Source: Utricularia gibba (lineage: Eukaryota > Plantae > Magnoliophyta). Taken from it: a stretch of 64,000 bases of DNA. Position numbers and translations under genes: made by a program. Of this stretch, positions 38,563 through 47,402 are shown piece by piece (position 1 is the stretch's first letter; each line of letters begins with the position of its first letter). The DNA is taken from positions 124,001 to 188,000 of the forward strand of contig CM007990.1 of NCBI GenBank assembly GCA_002189035.1, in the 5' to 3' direction. Below the pieces are notes generated by a model, which did not search any database, was not told the DNA's origin, and was given only the letters and a program-made list of their open reading frames with translations.

Positions 38563-40641
38563 ATGTTTTCCAGGACAGCTGCTCTTGAGGCGGCTTCCCT
38601 TTGCAAGGCGGCGGAGATGGTTAATCTTTCATCCCTTTTTGTAGTCCCTCGAAATGCTGGTGCTCTTTCCACAGAGACTGTCCTGCCCGGGAACACAGTT
38701 GAAATTGATGTAAGAAGGGATGAGAAGCGGCGACGAATATCGCGTCCTTCGTTTTTCGACAAGCGGCTGGTAGGCTATGCCAGGGCCAAGATGTACTCTG
38801 AGTTATTTCGTGTCTTCGATAGAATGGTGGAAGCTAATTACTCTCCTAATCTCGCCGAGTTGACTATTTTATTAAATTGCTTTTGTCGCTTGAAAAGGTT
38901 AGATCTAGCTTTTGCCGTTCTCGGTTGTATCTTGAAAAGGGGTTTCGATCCGGATTGTTATACTTTTGAACCCTTCATTAGAGGGTTGTTGCGGGAAGCT
39001 AAAATTGGTGATGCTGTTTTGTTCTTTAACAAAATCATACCCATTGGAATTTCTCCAAATGCACGTATGTGGTCGGCTTTGATTGAAGGACTATGCAAGG
39101 AGGGAAACATGGAAGCTGCTCTCGGTATTCATGAGGCAAATTTGAATGGAAACTTTGGATCTGGGCTCAGTTACAGTCCTAACTTGTTTTATTATAGTGC
39201 TCTCATTGATGGTGTTTGTAAGCAGGGTTTGATGAAAAAGGCCATAGAGTTGTTTCATGAGATGGAGGGCAGTGGGATTTTGCCAGATGCAGTTGCATAC
39301 AATGTGTTGATCCATGGTTTCTGTCAGTTGGGTGATTGGGAGCAAGCAAAAGCTTTTTTCAATCGGGCATTGGATCGAGGCTTTCATCCTACTACTATAT
39401 CGTTAAATATTCTGATGGATCTCCTGTGCAGAGATGGGAAAGCAGATGAAGCAAGGGGCATGCTGGACCTGATGCGTGAAACCGGTTTGCATCCCGCTGC
39501 TAATACTTTTAACACTCTGTTGAACGGATACTTTAAAAAGGGAAGAGCGGAAGAGGCACTAAAATTGTTTGAAGAAATGAAGAGTAATAATGTGGCGCCT
39601 GATGCTATTACGTATGGCATATTGATAGATGGCTTTTGCAAAAATGGATGTCTCAAAGATGCGTTAGACTTGTTCGAGAGTCTTGAAAAATCTAGTTTTG
39701 TATTTAAGATTGAACACTGTAACTGCCTCATTGATGGGTTATTCAAAGCAAGAAAAATGAAGTTAGCCTGTGAGTTGTTTGAGAGGATCCCCCTCATGGA
39801 CCTTATTCCTAATTCTGTTACATATACCATCATGGTGGATGGTCTGTGCAAGGCTCAACAGTTGGATCGTGCTTATGAAATGTTTGTTGAGATGGAAAAG
39901 AGAGGATGCCTTCCTACTGTAGTCACCTTGAGTGTTTTGATGGCTTTCCTCTGCAAGAATAGTAGATCAAATGAAGCAAGGGGATTGTTGGACTTGATGA
40001 GGAAAAGGGGTTTAAATCCCTGTTCTTCTACTTTTAATACCCTGCTAGGTGGATACTTCAAAGAGGGCAGAATAGAAGAGGCACGAAAACTTTTTCAGGA
40101 AATGAAGAGCCATGATCTCACGCCTACTGATATCACATACACCGTACTAATTGATGGTTTTTGTGAGAATGGATGCATTGAAGATGCATTAGACTTGTTC
40201 AAAACTCTTGAATCTAGTCATAAGTTGAATATCAAGCATGTTAGTTGCCTCCTTGACGGGTTAACCAAAGCAAGAAAACTTGAGCTAGCACTTCAGGTTC
40301 TTCAGAAGGTTCGGCAAGGGAGTCTTACCTCAGATGTCATTTGCTATACAATAATGATAGATGTCCTGTGCAAGGTGGGGCGAGTGGATGATGCTTATGA
40401 TATGCTTGTTGAGATGGAAAAGAGCGGCCTTGTTCCTAATGTGCGCACTTTCAACAGGCTGTTGGTGGGGTTTAGCCGCAATGAAGATGCGCCCAGGGTT
40501 GTTGAGCTTCTTCAGAAAATGGCAGAAAGGCATCTAAGGCCTGATGAATACACAGTCAGTTCAGTTGTAAAGCTACTCACCAAAGTTCCATCCTGCGATA
40601 AGTTTTTGAAGTTGATTCCTCATTTTCCTTCAGGCGAATGA
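38563..40641 (+). CDS. P-class PPR protein, restorer-of-fertility-like (RFL), about 16-17 motifs, intronless (PPR-1)
   Basis: 692-aa ORF of tandem 35-aa repeats. The RFL-type opening reads NCFC..DLAFAVLG.ILKRGF.PD, the third motif has an insertion, and GDWEQA is present. Site II motifs lie upstream (38335-38395). Confidence 0.95.
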   Translation: MFSRTAALEAASLCKAAEMVNLSSLFVVPRNAGALSTETVLPGNTVEIDVRRDEKRRRISRPSFFDKRLVGYARAKMYSELFRVFDRMVEANYSPNLAELTILLNCFCRLKRLDLAFAVLGCILKRGFDPDCYTFEPFIRGLLREAKIGDAVLFFNKIIPIGISPNARMWSALIEGLCKEGNMEAALGIHEANLNGNFGSGLSYSPNLFYYSALIDGVCKQGLMKKAIELFHEMEGSGILPDAVAYNVLIHGFCQLGDWEQAKAFFNRALDRGFHPTTISLNILMDLLCRDGKADEARGMLDLMRETGLHPAANTFNTLLNGYFKKGRAEEALKLFEEMKSNNVAPDAITYGILIDGFCKNGCLKDALDLFESLEKSSFVFKIEHCNCLIDGLFKARKMKLACELFERIPLMDLIPNSVTYTIMVDGLCKAQQLDRAYEMFVEMEKRGCLPTVVTLSVLMAFLCKNSRSNEARGLLDLMRKRGLNPCSSTFNTLLGGYFKEGRIEEARKLFQEMKSHDLTPTDITYTVLIDGFCENGCIEDALDLFKTLESSHKLNIKHVSCLLDGLTKARKLELALQVLQKVRQGSLTSDVICYTIMIDVLCKVGRVDDAYDMLVEMEKSGLVPNVRTFNRLLVGFSRNEDAPRVVELLQKMAERHLRPDEYTVSSVVKLLTKVPSCDKFLKLIPHFPSGE

Positions 40642-40988
40642 CATCCAGGGAGGGAAGCTGGTGTTGTAGGTTATTTCATGGGACTCGCCCTCTGTGAGGC
40701 TGCTTCCATATATATATTTTTGTATTAATTTACCGAAATTTGCGTGCAGAGGGAAGAATTTATTTATTATCGAATAGGAATAATAATATTTCTGCTGCTT
40801 ACATACAACTGGGCCTTAAATGACGTCTGGTAGAAGAACTGGGCCTTACAAACTGAAGAGATCCGTTGTCGGCTCCCGCCGAGTTGTAGCCGAATGGTTG
40901 TACAAGAAAGTTCGAACCTTACAACCCTTGGCGCCATCTTCGTTTTCACAGTGGCGATTTGAATATCTGAATCCTTATCGTGTGGAAG

Positions 40989-42949
40989 ATGTACGGCAGT
41001 AACAGCCAATTTGATGGGAATGCGGCCTTCTCCGGCGGTGGCTTTATGCCCTCACAGGCCACTCAAGCAACCGATTCCGGTCTCTCTCCGGCCAAGGTTA
41101 TCATTCGCTGGGATACGTATTCTTATTGCTGTTTGCTTGTATTTTTTTCTGGATGAGATTAATTTGCCAACTTTCTTCTGCATTCCGAAACCCTAAGCAG
41201 GATGTTTTCGTCTGTTGAGAAACTTTTGAATTATTTTGAGAGATTTGGTTTCTTGGATTCGCAGAATCGTGAGACTCAGGCTTTACTTCCGGTGACGGTG
41301 AAGCAAATAAGTGACGCTTTTCAAACGAGTGATGACAAATCGAATTTCCTTATTGATGGTGTTGATGTGAACAACGTGAGTTTGTGCTTCAGTGGTATCT
41401 GATTTTGTTTAGTTTATGATTTTACTGGGATTATGCACCCCTTGGCGAATTATGTTCGAGCAGGTAAAATTGCTGGGGCTGTTGTTTGGAAAAGAAGAAA
41501 GGATAACTGATGTTTCATTTGTGCTTGATGATGGAACTGGACGTATTGACTGCCATAGATGGTCAGGATATCTATTTACAATTGAAGTTATGAAGATATC
41601 TATTTTGAGCCTTTGGGAATTTAGGGGGTGCTCATTTCAGGATTTCCTTTGCTTCCGCTGCAGGGTAAATGAAGCTATTGACTCCAAGGAGATGGAGCTG
41701 CTGACGTAAAGATCCTCCACATATGAACTTGGACAACGAGTTATTTTCTGTCTTGTTGTAAAGTTTTGCTATTTTCCCTTGTACAGAAATGGCATGTACG
41801 TAAGGGTTCATGGGCACTTGAAGGGATTTCAAGGGAAAAAGCAACTGATGGTTTACTCTGTCCGGTAAGACATCGATTGAAATTAATTGGTATGCTGGTC
41901 AACGATTAAACTTTTTACATTCTCTGTTGGTTCACCTTTTCTATTTTATCTAGTGTAAGTGTTTCTATTTTATGGCTTAATCTTTTGTTGTACTGCCTGA
42001 TTCTTGATTTGAATCCCAACTGGTCCACTTGATGTTGCCTTTCTATGTGTTCTTCCTTTTAAAGTGTGACGGAACTAAGCAATTTTAGTCGTGCACTGTT
42101 ACATTTCTACTTTCAGTCCTGTAACAGACTACGATGAGATTGCCAACCACTTTGCTGAGTGCATCTATGTTCATTGCCACAATTCAAGGGTGCAGGCAAG
42201 TTTTGAGCGCATAAGAGTACACCTTGTTTTCTCTTTTGCCCAAGGCTTACCAATTGTCTAATTCTTCCAGAAACTGCAAGATAGTACCAAGTTTCAAGCT
42301 CCTATTACCCCCTCAAAAACCCATCAGCACACTCCATCAAACAATGTATTCGCAGTTAACATTCCTGTGATGTCCGGGGTTATTCAGTCTTTCCAAAATA
42401 GCTTAATCTGCGGAGAAGGAATCTTCACCCTGTTCCTTCTGATATTCTCTTCTATTCTCGATTTCCAGGCCCCTGTGCAATACACTGGTGGACTTAACAA
42501 CGTCGCCAACCAAGTCTTGGGCTATTTGCAGCAGCCTCGATGCATGTAAGTTGTTGAATAAAGATCTGCTTTTCCTCTCCATCATTCTTTCCTGTTCTGT
42601 AATCAAAACACCACGAATCACAAACACATGAAGGTTGGTTAAGAGGTATCACCTCACAATCATTACCACTGGGCTGTTAGTTAGCCTAACTGCATTTCTT
42701 GTGATGATCCAGTTCTAGTGAACGAGGGGTGCACCGCAGTGAACTAGCCCAGCAGCTGAATATTCCTGATCGCAAGATATCGTACGCCATCCTCGTTCCC
42801 TAACAACATTTGCATGCTCTTCTGTTCACATATTTCATCACCATCTGTTCTCTTCAACCGGCAGGGAAGTTATCGAGTTTCTTGAAGCAGAAGGCTTGAT
42901 ATATTCAACCGTCGATGAAAACCACTACAAATCCATTGCCAACGCGTGA
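40989..42949 (+). CDS. RPA2: Replication protein A 32 kDa subunit, multi-exon
   Basis: MYGSNSQFDGNAAFSGGGFMPSQ, LLPVTVKQIS, FVLDDGTGRIDCHRW, GMYVRVHGHLKGFQGKKQL, and a C-terminal winged-helix EGLIYSTVDENHYKS. One intron is GC-AG (42196-42270). Confidence 0.95.
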
Positions 42950-43268
42950 GCCCCCTACCTATAGGCTATGCCTTTTTTTTTATTGTTTTGATAATGAATT
43001 AGATGGATGATTCAGGATATTTTCCAGAAAGAAAATCCATATTTCCTTGTCATATGAGATTGTTGGGCCGGGAGTTAGTCAAAAAGCCCAATAAGCTACG
43101 CGGAAACCAACGGACCTGCCAATCAGCGACTCCTCTGCGCGCGAGTCCCCGCGTTGAAGAGTCCCTCTGCTTACTCGTTCAACTAAACCAATATCCCCGT
43201 TTACTTAATCCCTTCAATCTTCTTCATCTTCCTCATTCTCCTCCAAATCGCACGCAGGAGCAGAGAAA

Positions 43269-44204
43269 ATGAACGATCTTTTTGCAGCGCCGTCGCGGGA
43301 TTCCCATGTGATCGAATTCGCCAACGTCGCCGCAGGCAGCGGCGGAGCCAATCTTAATCGCTTCTTCGATGACGTCGAATCGGTCAAGGAGGAGCTCGCC
43401 GAATTGGAATCCCTCTACGCCCGACTCCAAAACTTCCATGAGCAGAGCAAAACCCTACACAACGCGGCCGCCATCAAGGACCTCCGATCCCGCGTAGACG
43501 CCGATGTCACCACAGCCCTGAAGAAAGCTAAAGTAATTAAACTCCGATTGGAAGCCCTAGATCGCTCCAACGCCGCCCAAAGAAGCTTCCCTGGTTGCGG
43601 TCCCGGAAGCTCCTCCGACCGTACGCGAACGTCCGTCGTCAACGGGCTTAGGAAGAAGATCCAGGACTCCATGGCCCGATTCAACGAACTTCGACAGAAA
43701 ATGAGCGACGAGTACAGGGAAACTGTGCAGCGGCGCTACTACACCGTCACGGGCGAGAACCCAGATGAGAGAATTGTCGATCGGCTAATCGAGAGCGGCG
43801 AGAGCGAGAAATTTCTCCAGAAGGCGATTCAGCAACAGGGGAGAGGACAGGTGATGGATACCATAATGGAGATTCAAGAAAGGGCTGATGCTGTGAAGGA
43901 ATTAGAGAAGAATTTGGTGGAACTGCATCAAGTATTTCTGGATATGGCGGTTTTGGTGGAGAGTCAAGGTGAGCAGCTTGATGACATTCATCTGAATGTG
44001 ACTCGAGCCAATTCTTACGTCCGCGGCGCCGCCGATCAGCTGGCGACGGCGAGGAAGCACCAGAAGAGTACAAGGAAGTGGACTTGTTACGGGATCATCC
44101 TGTTGCTCATTATTGCGCTCATCGTCATCTTGTCTCTCAGGCCATGGACCTGGAACCAGAACCAGAATCAGAACCAGAACCAGAACCGGAACAGTACCCC
44201 ATGA
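43269..44204 (+). CDS. Qa-SNARE syntaxin, SYP121/SYP122-like, single exon
   Basis: MNDLF, SKTLHNA, GCGPGSSSDRTRTSVVNGLRKK, YYTVTGENPDE, SNARE motif LHQVFLDMAVLVESQGEQLDDI, a C-terminal TM helix and an (NQ)n tail. Confidence 0.95.
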   Translation: MNDLFAAPSRDSHVIEFANVAAGSGGANLNRFFDDVESVKEELAELESLYARLQNFHEQSKTLHNAAAIKDLRSRVDADVTTALKKAKVIKLRLEALDRSNAAQRSFPGCGPGSSSDRTRTSVVNGLRKKIQDSMARFNELRQKMSDEYRETVQRRYYTVTGENPDERIVDRLIESGESEKFLQKAIQQQGRGQVMDTIMEIQERADAVKELEKNLVELHQVFLDMAVLVESQGEQLDDIHLNVTRANSYVRGAADQLATARKHQKSTRKWTCYGIILLLIIALIVILSLRPWTWNQNQNQNQNQNRNSTP

Positions 44205-44567
44205 GCGTCTGTGAAATTTGGAATGTCAATTTGAGTCATTTAATCATTTCCCTTTTTTTATTTGGTGGGGCTTCGCGGCTATGCTTCGGTAATGGGATTG
44301 ATTTATTATATATCGTAATTTATAGTATTCCATTTAATAAAGGCCCAAGTAACCAAAGCTTATTTTTCTTCGGCCCAATAGGCTGCTGCAATTAAGGAAA
44401 GAACGTGGCCCAATTTATGTTCAAATGGCAGCCCGGGCCAGGCCTTCAAAATCAATCAACAACCAAAATGCTCATTTTTCACAGTTTGTGTGGAATGAGA
44501 TATCAATAAAAACACTTTTTTTTTTACAAAATTCATGTACAACAATGGGTTCAAAGTAACCGTTTTT

Positions 44568-45838
44568 TTAGGTTTGCTGCAAACTATTTTTCCTCCATGC
44601 CCTACGATGAGCTTGAAGCATTTCCGTGGCTTTTTCCTTAGTCTTCGCACCACAATCTACATGAAGCACCAAGCACAACTTTTCCACGACGCCGGCCCTC
44701 AGCATCTCAGCGAGCACCGCCGGAGTCGTAGAAAATTTGGACACCGAGTACAGTATCCTAACGGCTCTTTCGGTAGCAACATCGGATACCCTTAGAATAT
44801 TTTTGGAAACCATCGCGAGTCCTCCGCTGTGCCCCAAGAGCTCCGCTCTCCCATCCGCACATTGGCAGGCGATGTCGACCACGGTGAGTGCCATCTCGGA
44901 GACCCTCTTATCGTGCGAATCGAGCAAGAGATCGACCAAAATCGACACGATGCCGGCTCCGACCGCTTTGGACCGGTTTTTCCCCGGCTGGGATGCCTTG
45001 ATCAGGACACTTAGAGTTGCTTTAGTGGCTTTCCGAGAGATTTGATCGCTCAAAACTCTCGCTAACTCCTTGAAAAAATCGGGCTTCAGGGATACTAACG
45101 TGTCCGGTTCGCTCACCTGGAACATGGATTTCAGCAGCATCACAGCATGAGCCCGTGAATCGTGGCTCGCGGAGCGCATGATTCCTGTGACGGAGGTTAG
45201 GAACTCCGGATTGACCAGTGATTTCAAGTTCGATTTCGACAGCTGGAGACTGTGCAAAATGGCTAACGCTAGCTCTCTAGCTTTTTCATCGTCCACTGGC
45301 TCGTGAAAGCCTCTCCCGATTATCAACGTCTCCAAGAGACTGCACGCGCCGGCTGCCTGGATGACACGTTTAGCGCCTTCATCGGTAGAGGATGCTATTG
45401 TTCTTAGTCGCCCTAGAGATTCCATTCGCTTGCACGGGCTCTTGATGTCGCCCAAGAGCTTCAAAACCTGTAATACGGAAGATTTTATATTATAGATTAC
45501 TCGTATTAGCCAATCCTTCCGAATCTCCCTCGAGTTATGTATTCGTTTTTACACAAAAGTACCTGAGACGTGGTCATGGGTAGATCATCGGCCCCCTCGC
45601 CGGGGTGGAGGCCGGACCATGATTGAATTAGGCGGCGGAGGATGATGTTAGGAGTGAGCTCCGCCCCGACGGAGATGGGTAGCTTAGAGACGGGACAAGT
45701 GAGGACCTTTTGTGAAGAAAGCCATCTTTGGATGCTCTCCCTGTCGTAAGTGATGCCGGTGGAAAGTGTTACAGGGTCTCTCATGATTTCTAGTGAAATC
45801 GGACAGAGGAAATAGGGAGGAACCTCGGTTTCCGTCAT
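44568..45838 (-). CDS. U-box/ARM E3 ubiquitin ligase, PUB22/23/24-like, 2 exons (391 aa)
   Basis: Exon 1 (45838-45563) encodes the U-box VPPYFLCPISLEIMRDPVTLSTGITYDRESIQRW. A 95-nt GT-AG intron spans 45562-45468. Exon 2 (45467-44568) encodes ARM repeats with CADGRAELLGHSGGLAMVSK. Confidence 0.93.
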
Positions 45839-45920
45839 TAAGGGAGAAAGGAAGGGCTCAAGTGCGACAAGAGACTGGGGCCTTGCCTCGCAGGGGAGTT
45901 TTATTACAATGAAGCAATAC

Positions 45921-45992
45921 ACAGTCAAGCTTCAAAAGTCAAGCTTTCCGGCTCGACAAATCATTAATCTTGGTACATCACACCTTTGACTG
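45921..45992 (-). promoter_or_regulatory. W-box cluster upstream of PUB
   Basis: Two TTGACT motifs on the minus strand at about 45923-45942 and one TTGACT on the plus strand at about 45986. This fits WRKY/PAMP induction of the PUB22-24 clade. Confidence 0.5.
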
Positions 45993-47402
45993 TCTTACCC
46001 TGCCGTGCTCGTGCTTCTTCCCTCTGGGACCCTCTTGCACTAAATAGTAAGAATGTTTATTTGAAGCTTGTCCGAGTGCGTATTGCGAGCTGTGGGCTTC
46101 AAATGCATCAGCACACTGTGGGAGCAAAAGGAAGGCTTATCGATTGTATTAACAACTTGGCCAAGAGGGTAGCAGCCCTGGCGACATTTCTGATCCTCTT
46201 GGTGCAGATCAGGTTTCCGGTAATCAAGTTAAACATGGGGTGGGATTGGAGAACCGTGTTGCTAACAGCAACGTTGTCCGTTTGTGGGAGGGATGGGCCA
46301 CGACGGTGCTGAGCTACGACCAGTCAGCAGTCCACTAGGAGCAGGAGGGGTATTCTAGTCTATTCTGTTCTATCGACAATATGTTACATCTTCAACACCC
46401 GGTCCCCGATGGCTTCTCGATTGGCCCAACTTCATGCGGACATGGTTTTTGACTCTCCATTCTTGTCTGAGTTTCATTCCAAAGTGTCTCTCTCCTCTGG
46501 TTCTGGAAAACAGTAGCCTGAGTGGATTCGAGATAACCCATCGATTCCACTATTCCCAACCTACTCATTTTTTTGTTCTTTGTTTTGGGCCGTGAGCCGG
46601 AGCCATGGTGCCCGACCCGTGTGGAATTCTTAGGCAAATTGCATGCCGAAATAGTCCCAACTGCTTCGTCAATGGAGAAAAGGGTGCTCAGTGTGGACTA
46701 CATTTTAAAAAAAGGTGGCGTCTTCTCTAGTTCCTAATGTGGTTAGCTAGTTTTTCCGGTCTTCTGGTTCTGAGCATGTAGTTGGAGGCTAAAGTCACAA
46801 CTTCATCTTTATTCTCTTCAGGAGCGGCTGGAATCTAAGACTGGGCTATACATGGAAACTTGCCCTCCCTGCCTGCCTCCAATGGGCAATGGGGCTGACT
46901 AACTTGTTTTTATGAATAGAATAGAATGATCCCTGCGCAGCCTCTCCATCCCCTCCAGGGCCCCTGCCCTCTGTCTTCACAGTCAACCTTCAATCAATGC
47001 CCATGGCCCCCGTTTTCAGAAACTACCCAGAAAATGAAGCGCAACCTTCATCAACACCAAATGTGATCACCCACAAGGCTGTTTGTCTCGAAACCCGAAG
47101 GCTGTTTGTGTGTCCTTTTTGAAGTTGGGGCACAGAGTTTGCAAGGCCAATCAACCCTCTTAAAGAGACAATGGATGACTGAGTAGACAACGCTTGGGGT
47201 TCTGGCCTCCATTATTACACAAAAACAACCGTCTATTATTCAAAAACAATATACAATAATCCCCATCCGTCGGATCATGTCATGCCTACCACCCTAAACA
47301 TCTGTCTGTAACAAAGAAAGAGATTCTGCGAATGTATACCAATATGATTTATCATATAATACAAATACTATTCTTTTGTAAATCACTATACCCCAGAATG
47401 TT

